Part shown: in pieces, positions 13,333 to 26,438 of the stretch
Layout of the letters: each line of letters starts with the position of its first letter
How positions within the stretch are numbered: position 1 is the first letter of the stretch
DNA from: Octopus bimaculoides
Taxonomy: Eukaryota
DNA length: 47,079 nucleotides
Direction: 5' to 3'
Assembly: GCF_001194135.2 (NCBI RefSeq)
Contig: NC_068981.1
Location: 91,702,801-91,749,879 of the forward strand
Notes under the pieces: generated by a model
What the model saw: the letters and a program-made list of their open reading frames with translations, nothing else
The model's database searches: none
Told to the model about the DNA's origin: nothing
Position numbers and translations under genes: made by a program

Positions 13333-13432
13333 TCTTTTCTACTCTAGGCAGGAAATTTTGGGGTAGCGTGCCAGTCGATTAGATCGACCCCAGTACGCAA
13401 AGGATGAAAGGCAAAGTCGACCTCGGCGGAAT
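13333..13432 (-). mobile_element. Truncated SINE, family B (central GTCGACTTTGCCTTTCATCC domain)
   Basis: Matches the 3' half of the 24911-25117 copy, with an internal deletion of about 26 bp. Confidence 0.8.
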
Positions 13433-13639
13433 ACCGAATCAATAAATATTGATACATCCCTGTACATATATAAACATGTGTGGTACGTGTGCAAGTGTGT
13501 GTATGTGTGCGATTGATTATTTCTGCATTAATCGATTGGTTTCTTAAGGTTCTCAGTTTCAATTTAATAATGTATTTCTAAGTCGTTTGCCATATCCACG
13601 ATAAACTTTTAATAGTGTCTATAAGATGTGAAGCACAAT

Positions 13640-14400
13640 CCAAATGCCTTCTGAAACAATTCTGAATCGTTTCCAACATAAAGGCAGCGGCAAATTATTA
13701 GAAGAGTGTATTCCCCGTATTTTGGAGGAAATGAAATTAGTCGTTTCGGGTTGGTTAATGCAAAATCTAGGCTCCCAAACATGTCTGCTGAATGTTTGTC
13801 TTGTAAATGTGAATAAATGTAAGAGAAGTTAAGGTAAATGAATGGGATTTGATGTGCCAGTGGCCTGATGGTTACTCATTTTTGATGGATAATACATATA
13901 GCACCAATACTAAACCGAGGACAGATTACCCAAACTTGACCTGTCCCTTATTGTGAACACTTGTCCATTATTGTGAAGATATATCTCAGCTTCTATTTCG
14001 TAAATTAGATGACATCAAATTATCTGAAGCTGGAACAGACAACCGGCTAATACAATTTACCTAAATCCTTCATCCAGCCTGAATTAATGCTTTACTCCGC
14101 GATTTATGTCTAAAGACTTAAGCAAAATGAATGAGACTGAAAGTGAACTAAAAAAAAATCTGCTATTCGTTTATTTTTATTTTTCAGCTGTTCAAGGAAC
14201 AGCAGAAATCAAAATAAAGAAATTGAGGAAAAGAAAAGCTTGCATTGGCATTTCTCCACTAAACCAAGGAACTGATTTTGATCTTTGTACTTTACATTAG
14301 AATAGTTTGATGAAGAATTCATTGAGATAAGGTAGATGATTCTTCCAGTGCCTATTCGGAAAATTTCCTGCACTAAGACAAGAGAAATTCAGTGGCGGTA
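13640..14400 (-). mobile_element. Possible heavily decayed LINE RT fragment
   Basis: Minus-strand motif remnants in RT order: GNFPNRHWK, DQNQFLG, G*SVLGLVLVLY (cf. QGSVLGPLLF). Spacing is irregular. Confidence 0.3.
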
Positions 14401-14758
14401 TATTTTGCATGTCAAAAGTAGCTACGATAGAAGTCTACTATTATTAGATTGAGGGACCATTAAAGACAGGATGACGTTTCTACCAAAGTATAACAAAACT
14501 ACAGAAACGTGGTATAGACGGCACTATAAGAATATATTAGCTGAATTTTGTTGCAATTAAATAAAACAGTAATTGGAATGTTTAACCATACAAAGGGGTA
14601 AATTGATCTCTTAAGCTGTACTTGCTGAACTTATCTAGTTTTTATGTTACATGCAGCCTATTCAAACTTTGAATTAACATGAAGCACTGGCAATTTTGTT
14701 CCCTGGATGATGACTGACTTTTGCAGTATAACAGTAAACGGTAGTGTATCATTAAGAT

Positions 14759-14960
14759 GGGGAGTTGGCAGGCCGCCTGCACGCTGTGCAAAATGTTTAG
14801 CCGCCTTTCGTACGTCTTAACACTCTGAATTCCGATTCTACCAAGGTCGACTTTGCCTTTCATATTTTAAGGATTGATAAAATAAGTACCTGTTGGACAC
14901 TGGGGCCCGATAGAACCGACTTAAGCCCTCGTCCTTGTGTCAAAATGTGAAACCAATATT
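14759..14960 (+). mobile_element. SINE family B copy, diverged
   Basis: Contains AGGTCGACTTTGCCTTTCAT and ends CCTTGTGTCAAAATGTGAAACCAATATT. Confidence 0.8.
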
Positions 14961-14972
14961 ATGTGGGTCATT

Positions 14973-15237
14973 AAGGTGGTGAGCTGACAGAATCGTTAGC
15001 ACGCTGGGCAAAATACGTAACGTCATTTTGTTCGTCTTTACATTCAAGGTTCAAATGCCACCGAGGTCGACCTCGCCTTTCATGCCTCCAGGTTCAATAA
15101 AATGAGAAACTGGCTGAGCATTGGGGCCGATGTAATTGACTTAACCCCCTTCTCCGAAATTGCTGGCTTGTGCGAAAGTTATGAAATCAATATTACATGT
15201 GTCACTTGGTCTTGTTTCAAAATTTGAAACCAATATT
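14973..15237 (+). mobile_element. SINE family B copy in tandem, plus duplicated 3' end
   Basis: Head GGTGGTGAGCTGACAGAATCGTTAGC, B box GGTTCAAATGCC, domain GAGGTCGACCTCGCCTTTCAT. The tail ends at 15194 and a second tail lies at 15208-15237. Confidence 0.85.
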
Positions 15238-15834
15238 CTTTCCGTCATTTTATTATATCGAATGACACCATGGTATGGCTGCGAAAGAACGATTTCATTC
15301 GAGTAATTAAATACACCAGCTTTAAAAAATTATTTAAAAGAATACCTAGTTTTCATCCATATAAACTTAATATAGACTTCAGTATATTAGAAATTGGCAC
15401 GATCACGAGGGAGATTATCTTGAATACATATTGACATGATCTGAGCGAACCTTGGGATAAACATCATTAACAATACTTGTTTAGAGATAGAGAAAGAGTA
15501 CAAAACTACATTTAGATGAGAGACATTGTTTTTATGTATTTATAAAATCTGCTCATGAGAAAACTACAAAGCAGTGACACGTTAGTGGCTTCATATGAAT
15601 TGTTCAAACAGACTATTGTGAACAAAGGAGAAAGATATTATAAAGCGAAATATAAGTACGCTTTTCTATGTGAGAATCTCTTTCACTAGGGATTCTCAAG
15701 AATATTGTACAAGATCAATAACATTTGTCAGGCTATAATACTGGATTTAGTACTTATTAGGAATGTTTTCGATACGATAAAGCATTAAAATTCATACTTA
15801 ATTCTCTTGTCCATGTTTACTTGGACACTTCATG

Positions 15835-15989
15835 TATATATGTACGTGTATGTGTGTATGTATGTAAGTATGTATATACGTATTTATATGTATGTATATA
15901 TATATGTACATATATATATATACATATATATGTATATATTTACATATATATATGTACATATATATATGCATGTATATTTACACACACAC

Positions 15990-16020
<31 letters not shown>

Positions 16021-16030
16021 NNNNNNNNNN

Positions 16031-16071
<41 letters not shown>

Positions 16072-16100
16072 ATATATATACATTTATATTTACATATATG
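15835..16100. repeat. Compound TA/TATG/CA microsatellite
   Basis: Seen directly. Confidence 0.95.
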
Positions 16101-16637
16101 GACATACATAGTCCCGTATGAAAAAAAGTCCTATTTGTGACGCACATGGAATAGATTTCTTTGAGGTGGGGTGCCTGAACTCACTAGCCGATGAATTCGT
16201 AAGTGCCTTTCTTATCGTTGATTTTTGGTGTCGCATGGCCAAAAATTACCGTGAATTTTTTAGAGACACTTTCAAATTTATCAGAATATTGGACTGGAGA
16301 TTTGGAATAGATTGATTTTCATTCTCTTAACCATGAAACGATCGTATCCAATTAACTAAAGGCTTGTTTTGTTTATGCTTTTCCCTCCGGTTTTTTGTTC
16401 TATGTGTGCCATAAATATCGCCATCCGTTTAGAGAAAAATTTGTAGTTTAGAATCAGTAGTTCTTTGACTGCTATTTCTAAATTTTCAGTATGTTGGAGA
16501 AGCAACTCAATGCTAATCCCTGTATATTTATGATGATAAATGGTTTTACCGATAAAGGTTTTTTCATACTGAACTACTTGGCAAAATTGTTAATTATTAA
16601 TTCTATTATTAATTGACGATTCCCTGCCCTTATTCTT

Positions 16638-17089
16638 GTATATATATACATATATATATGTATATATATATGTGTGTGTATATATATATACATATATAAA
16701 CATATATATATATTTATATACATATATATATATATATATATATAAACATATATATATATACACATATATAAGCATATATATACTTATATATATATACACG
16801 TATATAAGCCTATGTATCCGTATATATATATATATTTATATANNNNNNNNNNNNNNNNNNNNNNNNNNNNNNNNNNNNNNNNNNNNNNNNNNNNNNNNNN
16901 NNNNNNNNNNNNNNNNNNNNNNNNNNNNNNNNNNNNNNNNNNNNNNNNNNNNNNNNNNNNNNNNNNNNNNNNNNNNNNNNNNNNNNNNNNNNNNNNNNNN
17001 NNNNNNNNNNNNNNNNNNNNNNNNNNNNNNNNNNNNNNNNNNNNNNNNNNNNNNNNNNNNNNNNNNNNNNNNNNNNNNNNNNNNNNNNN

Positions 17090-17122
<33 letters not shown>

Positions 17123-17130
17123 TATTATAT
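16638..17130. repeat. (TA)n-rich array with gap 16843-17089
   Basis: Seen directly. Confidence 0.95.
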
Positions 17131-17544
17131 ATTGATAGAAATGGCAAGACAACAAAAGAATGAGAGACGAATTTATCCGTAAATATAATATGTGGCAATT
17201 ATTCGGTAGCCATGATAAAATTCCGAGTATCGGGTGTCATTGTGGAAATCAACGCCGGTATCTCTTCAGTTATTGGGCCATCGAAAAATATGCTATGAAA
17301 ATCACCGTTAAAACAAAGGAAAATTACTGTATGATTGACCGGTTAATAAGACAAAAGAGCTATTAGAATGACCGCTAAGGAAGGGGAGGGAGTAATGGTA
17401 AGGGAGTAAAAATGTGCATAGTAATCGCGAAATCGCTCATGTCCATATATATACATGCGCGCCCACACACCCACGTACATGCGCCTATATGTATATACCT
17501 ATCCACCCTCACTTGAAACAAACACATTTTCACCCACACATTCG

Positions 17545-17945
17545 CCAAAAATTATATACATACCCGCATACACGCTCGAACACACACATGCGCACTAAAA
17601 TGGTTCATACACATGTCTATATGCGCATATGCACAAGAAGAATAGGGCTAAAGGTAAAATACAGAAAAATGTGTAAAAAAAAGTGTAAAAAATAAGCAAT
17701 AAGAATAAAACACATCTATATACTCACATACTCGTATGCACGCAAACACACACGTCTATATATGCACATACCCGCACACATACAAACATCCACACGCGCG
17801 CGCAAAAAAATTCATATACACGTCTATATAGGCACAGGAAAAATGCATGGCGGGAGGTAGAATACAGAAAAATTGTGTAAAAAAATATGAGCAACAAAAC
17901 TTATAAAACAATATCTCTATAAATATATAAAACAAATGCATACAA
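17545..17945 (+). repeat. Degenerate ~208 bp tandem duplication
   Basis: CATACCCGCA at about 17558 and 17767; TTCATA(T)ACAC.TGTCTATAT-like motif at about 17604 and 17811; AATACAGAAAAAT(T)GTGTAAAAAAA at about 17658 and 17861. Confidence 0.65.
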
Positions 17946-18284
17946 AGATATATAAGAAATATAAGTAAAATGTATAGAGAGATAAAATCTTATATGTGGA
18001 CACAATATAAAAAGCAAGTCCTATCAGTAATCACGGGGGCACGAAAACGTGTAAGAATTATTTAGCCACATGTGGACATGATCCGAAAAGTACAGTTCTT
18101 GAATTTAGACATGAGGCTCAGCTGCTGTTTCCAGATGAGCCATCTTCCCATATCACGAAAACCTCACTTTCCACTGCCGTTGGGCTAGGGCTTACACTAG
18201 GCTAAGATCTTCCAATGGATGTTCTAACTGACATATTTACCTTTTAAGATAAAGGTGTCAGTTACAACATCTTTAAAAGATAAA

Positions 18285-19090
18285 TGTGTATATATTTATA
18301 TGTACGCGCATTTTGCGTATGATTTTCTGAGGGTATTTCCATATATTTCGCCGCGTGTGTTTTGCTGATGAAGGAAAAGTTACTAAACCAATTGATCAAT
18401 ACAAAGTTAATTAAATTATTTTATGAAATTTTACCCAGTCTGCTTTCACGCTTTCAACTTGTGTAACTATTTGTGGAGTGAATATTTGAAGCGGTAGGAC
18501 GTATTCGGCGTGTTTTTTCATCATTTAAGCGTAATATGATGTGTATACATATAAATGTATAGGCATCAAATTTCACACTCCACCTCAACATGTGTGTATT
18601 CGGTCAGTGTAGTACAGAGATAAATAAACTAACACGAAATTATATTTAAAACATAGTGGATAAAATCATTAAAACTAATGCATTTTATCAGAGGCCATCA
18701 TACAAAAACCTTTTAGGTAAAATAGATTTATTGAGATATAGTTTTATAGGGTACAATTATACTTAAGGTTCCAAAAGCTATTATTTCTATATGCAGAAAG
18801 AACACGTCGAATATGTTCTACCACTTCAAATATTCACTCCACAGATAATCATGCAAGTTGAAAGCGTGAAAGTGGACTGTTGAGGTGGACTGCGAAATTC
18901 GATGCGAGTATATTTGTGAATATTTATATGTATTCGCATTTTGTGTATGCTTTTCTGAGAGTATGTATAGATATTTTCATTTATTTCGCTCAGTGTACTT
19001 TGCTGATGGAGGAAAAGTTACTAAACTAAACCAGGAATTGATTAATCCAAAACTAACCGAATTATTTTATGAATGCTTTGCCAGTCTGCT
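18285..19090. repeat. Interleaved direct and inverted repeat mosaic with a MITE-like core 18436-18879
   Basis: Direct pair 18285-18445 / 18914-19090; inverted pair 18436-18519 / 18796-18879; second inverted pair 18563-18590 / 18878-18905. Confidence 0.8.
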
Positions 19091-20285
19091 AAAAGGAGAT
19101 TGTATGTTTGGATATGTTCTTTTAAATTGGCTATGCATAAATTGATACAATTTTTCTTTCTGATTCCGTTATTTTGGAGCACTACTTTTACTTCAGCTTC
19201 ATAAACGACCAAATTTATCAAGCGTACCTGATGGAGTCCCTTATGGAGCCGATAGACTCACACTTATATGTACACAATTTAACTGATATATAGTTTGTTC
19301 ACTCATAACTCTGACTGTCTAAAGTTGGAAACGGCGTTGGAAAGACAGCATTATGAAATACTTTATCACCTCTTTGCGCCTAACGTTTTACAATACTCTT
19401 CACGTTGAAATACTTCTAGTGTTTTGTATGTGAAACTGCGGCCTGGATATGTAGCTGAAAATATTTCAGTTAATTTGCAACGCATGTAAATTCCTTGTAA
19501 AAATCATCTATGCTACACTGTTATATTTCTGATAACCTCCCTATAAATAAGGAGAAAATTACTAACAATAAGCATTAATAGATGAAGAATATTACAACAT
19601 ATACGTAACGGAAATGGAATCGGATTTTGTCACACAACACATTCCACAGACTTAAGTAAGTTAAAGTATGTGGATTGAATACAGTCGGAAATAGGACTTT
19701 CTTTTAAATCTGCACACAGTCATACATGCACAAGCGATTTAAAATGTAATAATGCGACCAGTACAATTTTTCCAAACTTATTGATAACGCAGGAAGACGC
19801 ATTAAAACATCTCCATTGAAATCCATGACAAGCATGAACTTAGAAATATCTTTGACAATCCTTCAGGTCTAATAGTAATAATAATAGATATCTTGAAAAT
19901 ACCTCGAAAGTAATTGAAGTTTTCTTATAAGTGGTTTTGGTTGGAAGCGTATATATCCTCTTTTAACAGGGAGTTAGACGCTAAAAGATTAGAAAGATTA
20001 GAAAGACAAAGAAAATATTTGTAAAAGAGGCAATATATTTCTATTATGAAAAGGATTTACTCGTAAATGGCTACTTAGACTTATAATGATTCCATTGTTA
20101 TAAAGCCGCTGTGCGATATACCAAACTGACTGAATGGAATCCCCCTCAGCTTATTTATTTTTCACTGACTTAATGTGATATCAACATTTTCATCACTGAC
20201 ACCATCACCGCCATTTACATAGATTTTACAGCTGCCATTAAATAAAGGTTAACATCATCAATAAAATCTTCATTATCGTGATGGA

Positions 20286-20474
20286 AATAATAATAATAAT
20301 TATTATGATTAATAATAATAAGTAGATGAACAACAACGACGACGACGACGCCGACGACGATGATAATGATGAAGAAAACAAGTAGAAGAAGGAGGAGGAA
20401 GAGATGGAAGAGGAGCTGTAGGAGAACGACCAGGAGAAGAACGAAGACGATAGGTGGTAGGAGGAGCAGAGGCA

Positions 20475-20565
<91 letters not shown>

Positions 20566-20583
20566 AAGAAGAAGAAGAAGGAA
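20286..20583. repeat. Compound trinucleotide array (AAT, GAC, AGG-rich, (AAT)n, (GAA)n)
   Basis: Seen directly; gives poly-I/R/S/Y pseudo-ORFs in several frames. Confidence 0.95.
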
Positions 20584-20807
20584 AAAGAGTCGCATATATA
20601 TCCACTTTATAGTTATCAACATCATCGTACTCTGTAACTCTTTTCAAGCAATATAGAATTTATAGTTATAAAAGTTTGCAGTCCACATGCTGTTAACATA
20701 CCAGACTTCAGTGTCTATAAATGAAATTACATAGCTATTTCAAAGATATCTACCCTCGTGTATTCACAAAGAAGCAGTATTATAGTTTATTATTGTGCTT
20801 TATTGGA

Positions 20808-21030
20808 AAGGTAGCGAGCTGGCTTAACCGTTAGCACGCCGGTTGAACTGCTTCACCAAATTTCGTCCGCCTTCACGTTCTGAGTTCAAAATCCTCCGAC
20901 GTTGAATTTGGTTTTCAGCACCTTTAACAGTGAATAGAATAAATAACACGATGAACACAAGTGTTGAGATAATTGACTTGAACTCTCCCTCGGAATTATT
21001 GGACTTGAGCCAAAATTAGGAACCATTATT
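20808..21030 (+). mobile_element. SINE family B copy, diverged
   Basis: AGGTAGCGAGCTGGC...CGTTAGCACGCCGG...TTCTGAGTTCAAA, ending CCAAAATTAGGAACCATTATT. Confidence 0.75.
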
Positions 21031-21469
21031 ATGTTTACTGGTTCGTTTGTTGTTAAATACATTAATAATATTCAATTTCACGCTAGAAATTCAAATAGGT
21101 CTTACATAATATTTTTATTCACACAATATCGTTATTCATGAAAAAAACAAAACTCGCACAAAAAATTTCATGGTCGAATGATCAAATATTATTCCATCAA
21201 CATTCTTTTTGTATGTTTCTGCCACTGAAGGAGGTAAAGTAAACTGTTATGGCTTGATCTTTCAATTCTCATTTGAAACCAAATCATTTCGCACATCACA
21301 GTAAAGACCTACAGTGGGGCCAACACAAAACCACCGCCCAAATTATTTCAGTTTTCTTCCAGTTTGTACATATTTTAATGCTTCAGGGGTAAACGCTTTA
21401 TGGTACACACTTCTCTAATGCCATAAGTACATACACACATACACATAAAAGAACACAGAATCATTATAT

Positions 21470-21503
21470 ATTTATACACATATATATTTATACCTATATG
21501 TGA

Positions 21504-21571
<68 letters not shown>

Positions 21572-21620
21572 TTATGTATGTATGTATGTATGAATGTATG
21601 TATGTACACACACTATTATA
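21470..21620. repeat. (TA)n(TATG)n microsatellite
   Basis: Seen directly. Confidence 0.95.
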
Positions 21621-22344
21621 TATACACAAAATTCTTAGCCATTTTCAGCATGTCTGTCCGTCCGAACAGACTCTACTGCAATTTTTTAACTCCAACAGGA
21701 CATCTCCTCTAACTGGTTAATGATGCAGAGCTGCATCCGATAAATTGCGAGCTAGGGTGCCAACACCCATCATCCTCTAGCGACGGCCACAGTAGACCAA
21801 TCCTGGTTTCGGCTATTTGTGTTACACTTCGGTACAGGACAACTTGTCTGCTAGAGATGGCAATAGCTCGCCTCTGCTTTCAATATATATATTTCAAGCG
21901 AACAGACAGTCCCCGATTTTGCAACAAGCAAAAATGTTAGTTCTAAAATCTCTCTAAGAGATCAACGCAGTAGTTGTACTGACAAGTAATATCCGTAGCC
22001 ACTTCAACATTGCTATCCCTTCAAAAACGCAATTACATATATGTACAAATCTTGATGGTGTATTTTCATAAAAAAATATTCACTGTTTAATTATATTGAC
22101 GAGAAATACAAAGCATAAACATGGAAAGTAACCTTTGCCGTTCAGTGCTAAGCTTATCCATGGAGACAATTGATTTTCCACACAATAAATAATGGTTGAG
22201 GGGAAAATACTTGAGTGCGTTTTTTTTTTCTGGGGCCGGGGCCATTGACATATGTAAAACGTTTCTATTGAAACCTCCGCCTTCTGTTCGTAAGGTGAAA
22301 TACATATAAGAATTACATACATACACACGTTTACATATGATTAT

Positions 22345-22441
<97 letters not shown>

Positions 22442-22452
22442 AATATATATAT
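22345..22452. repeat. (CA)n(TA)n microsatellite
   Basis: Seen directly. Confidence 0.95.
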
Positions 22453-22571
22453 AGGGCCACATTCTATACTGCGACATTTCCTAAAGGTGGTCTCCCTAAA
22501 TGTGTTTTGAAATAATCAACATAGTCTTTCAATATATATATATATATATACTTTCTACACTTTATCGATAC

Positions 22572-23790
22572 GAGATATCAAAAGAGAACACCTTTAACTT
22601 TCATGTTAAAACATATCGACGAATAAAGGGCACAACTATAGTGACATAATTAGCACTCTCTTATGCTAACCTGGTTATGGATTTTAGAAGAAAAACTATA
22701 CGAGGTACAGAAAACGTTTGACCACAATTTCATGAAAATTGGAAACCCTTCCTTGGTTTCCGCTTTATTTTGGAGAGAGAAACCAAAGACTGATCTACAC
22801 ATATTTCATAGCGTTTTGAATACCCTTCAACTACCTATCAAATTCACGACAGAAACCAGTTAATGATGTACCGTTCCTAGATATTTCCTGTAAAAATATG
22901 AGCGGCTACATTAACAAGGGATATATTTTACAAAAAGGAAAGCAAAGACACATAAGTATTCGAAATCCTACTCTTGCTATCACACATCAAAAGAAATATT
23001 CCTTGTAGAATAGCAAGAACTATCAGTTTAATAGTAGTTGATCCGAGGATATGCCAAATTCGAATCAATGTAGTCAAAGCTTCCTAAAAAAAAAAACAGA
23101 CTTAGTCTTGAAATTAAAAACATGGTGGAATTATGAAAGCGATAGTACTAGACATTAAATAACTGAGAAAACATAAGTAAAAATTTGAAGAAAATACTGT
23201 AATGTTCATCAATTCACATAATCCTCGATTGACCAACATATCCCACGCCATATAATCAAATCTAACAATACTCTTACAAAAACCCAAAATGAAAAATCTG
23301 TTTGATGAAAACATACGAAACGGTAAACGCCAGGGCAAAATTCACGTCAAAGGATAATCCACACTTCTCCTTGAAAGTTAAGGGGACAGTACATTTAGAA
23401 CATGTAGCAAGAAGAACATCTACGTCCTCAAATATTTGTTTACTGGTTCCCATATAAAATTTAAAAGTGAATTTAAAAGTGGATTCTCATTCCAAGTAAA
23501 TGGAAATATGAACAGCAGGGACACAGAATATCACATCCTGCAAAACCTGCCTTAATAGCAAAGAAACTTCTATTGGCAGAACCAGCAATCCCTTTTATCA
23601 AGGTGCAAGAAACTACAGACAAAATATCAGACAAAAAGAATTAATCAAAATTCCGCGGAATAAGCATTTGAAACTATGTGGTGCAGTAAATTCAAGGTTT
23701 TTTCCTTCTACAAATGCCCAAGGGATGACCCAAACTATCGGAAGACAATGGTTCTACATTTTATCAAAAACATCTTACCTAAACTATATG
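22572..23790 (+). mobile_element. Decayed Penelope-like element (RT C-terminal half plus GIY-YIG endonuclease)
   Basis: Frameshifted motifs in order: YANLVM, LEEKLY, WKPFLGFRFI (decayed WKRFLDD), LNTLQLPIKFT, PFLDI, DIFYK, KRNIP, HNPR, then SCKTC...TSIGRT...YRQNI...HLKLCG and HFIKNILPKL. Confidence 0.85.
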
Positions 23791-24068
23791 TATAAAGAGA
23801 AAGAGAAATATATATATGAACACATGAGAAATCCTTATTGAAATATTCTAATTACTATCACTAAAATAACTAGAAAAAATTCACTTATGCAACCAACAAA
23901 AGATTTACACACTCTCTCTCACACACGTACGCTTCAATACACACAGACATACTTACACACACACGCACACGCCCAAAAAGTATATATATTTGCATACACA
24001 CACACATACACATTCATAATAACAAAGGACATTCTTCTTTTTCCATTCGACACCAATTTTTTCAACTC

Positions 24069-24069
<1 letters not shown>

Positions 24070-24115
<46 letters not shown>

Positions 24116-24425
24116 NNNNNNNNNNNNNNNNNNNNNNNNNNNNNNNNNNNNNNNNNNNNNNNNNNNNNNNNNNNNNNNNNNNNNNNNNNNNNNNNNNNNN
24201 NNNNNNNNNNNNNNNNNNNNNNNNNNNNNNNNNNNNNNNNNNNNNNNNNNNNNNNNNNNNNNNNNNNNNNNNNNNNNNNNNNNNNNNNNNNNNNNNNNNN
24301 NNNNNNNNNNNNNNNNNNNNNNNNNNNNNNNNNNNNNNNNNNNNNNNNNNNNNNNNNNNNNNNNNNNNNNNNNNNNNNNNNNNNNNNNNNNNNNNNNNNN
24401 NNNNNNNNNNNNNNNNNNNNNNNNN

Positions 24426-24480
<55 letters not shown>
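24070..24480. repeat. (TA)n flanking gap 24117-24426
   Basis: Seen directly. Confidence 0.95.
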
Positions 24481-24482
<2 letters not shown>

Positions 24483-24910
24483 TTATATCTTTAAATTCCT
24501 TTCTACCTTTCAAAGATTTTTTGCACTAGAATCTTATTTACCAGAACATTCTATGTAATGACACATTCCTACAATCCACACGATAACTGGTTAACCAGCA
24601 ACAAGTGAAATGTTTCGCCAACAACATCTGTTCTAAAATCATCTGTACACGTAATCCCTTGCAATTATTATTAACCAGTCAGAATTAATCTTATTCATTG
24701 TTGCTTCGCATTCTCTATAATTTATAACTATATTTATTTCAAGTAATACATCTTGCAGAAGAATAAATCCTATCGTTATTTAGTTTTGGTCTTTTAAGCC
24801 ATAATGTCGGATTTCTTTCTTTGTGAAAGACCAGATTGTCTTGTCTAGTATTGAACTTAGAGTCACTTAACATCTCAATGTCGTAACAAGACAATTCGTC
24901 ATAATCATAT

Positions 24911-25117
24911 TTTTTTCTACTCTAGGCATAAGACCCGAAATTTTTGGGGAGGGGGCCAGACGATCAGATCGACCCCCAGTACACAACTGGTACTTAATTT
25001 ATCGACTCCGAAAAGATGAAAAGCAAAGTCGACCTCGGTGGAATTTAAACTCAGAACGTAAAGACAGAAGAAATACCGCTAAGCATTTCGCCCGTCGTGC
25101 TAACTTTTCTGCCGCCT
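24911..25117 (-). mobile_element. SINE family B, near full-length and well preserved
   Basis: Minus strand: GGCGGCAGAAAAGTTAGCACGACGGGCGAAATGCTTAGCGG, TTCTGAGTTTAAATTCC, GAGGTCGACTTTGCTTTTCATC, tail CCTAGAGTAGAAAAA. The central domain recalls Meta/MESC-type SINE domains (unverified). Confidence 0.9.
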
Positions 25118-25833
25118 TTCTAGTCATAACAATATTGTCTGAGTTTGTTTACTTCTATCTTCGCTGCTGCTGTCACTTCAGCTTTTGCTTCATGTGTTAA
25201 TTTTATTAGAGGAAAAATGTTTAGTTTTGATCTTTTCAACTATTTCTATTGATTTTGTTTTATTCTTTATTTTTGTCCCACAGTACATATTTTATAAATT
25301 TCTAATTTTCGCAGCAAGTATAATCTTTCTTTTTCTGAGTATCTCTCTTGTTTTCGTGCATGTGTATTTATTTTCCAGGTGACAACAACATTATTATAAA
25401 TTTCGTTACATTATTGATACATAGTTTATTTATTGCATCTGTTTCTTTTTATCTATTAATCTCATACTGCTTTAAAATTTTTATTTAATATTTGTGTATC
25501 TTGCACTCGGTCCCTTTGTTGTTGAAAATCAATAATCTAATCGGTATATTTTTTCTCATTTTGTGCCTTTATTTAAAATGACATTAACATCTTTTATTGT
25601 TTCAAAAATCGTCTTAAGCAATTTTATGTTATTTCGCAAACTAAATCCTCGAGCCGTATATAAAAGTTCACGTCACGAATACACAAAACGTATTTCATTC
25701 CCCGAGCATACATTTTGTTTTGTGTTTACTTTTGCTTACTATACTGAAAGGTGTTTGCACCATTTGAATACAGAACTTCTTATATAGATATATTTTATTA
25801 TCATTATTTTGTCCGTGTCTGTAGAATTGTTTC

Positions 25834-26398
25834 GGATCTTTTCCTTTTCATGGGCAGCTCGATTAATTAATTTTCTTGAACTAAGCACTTTGAAACTTCG
25901 GATACTTGTAGAATGTGTCATATAGAACATCTTTTACTCTTACCGTTGTTGAGGAAAGTTTCGATTTACGAAGTTATTTCGTGTTAAAGTTGTCGTATTT
26001 CGGTAATTTTAACCAATCAATGACGTGTATTCAGCTGAATAAAATTACTACTGTTGTTTGTCAACAACAACTATCGGCGGAGTATATTTCGTTTGTTACT
26101 GTTATTTATGACATCGTTCGTACGTTTGTACTGGTTTTAGCTTTAGGATTTTAGGGTTAGGGTCAGTGTTTTAGGGTTAGAGTTAGGATTTTAGAGTTAG
26201 GGTTAGGGTCATAGGGTTAGGGTTACAATGTTAGGATTTAGTCTAAGTTAGGTGTTTAGGATTTCAAAATTCCGATTTTTGGCAATTTTCCGGAATCTCC
26301 GTATCCGAAAAGCTGTTTTTTTGGAAAAAAAATTTCTTTAAAATAATTTGCGAGAAAATGGGGCGGGAAGGAAGTCTTTCCGAAAATAGTAGCTGAAA

Positions 26399-26438
<40 letters not shown>

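Noticed and set aside
14188-14300. Plus-strand exon after ttttcag
   Set aside because: All frames end in stops, and the region overlaps a possible decayed minus-strand RT.
18364-18400. CTGATGAAGG hammerhead-like start
   Set aside because: No paired stem II or GAAA follows, and the related copy at about 19004 reads CTGATGGAGG.
20215-20656. Poly-L/I, poly-S/Y and poly-R ORFs
   Set aside because: A compound trinucleotide array open in several frames on both strands, with no splice or homology support.
21130-21225. Minus-strand acceptor followed by AETYKKNVDGIIFDHSTMKFF
   Set aside because: No consensus donor occurs before the stop codon.
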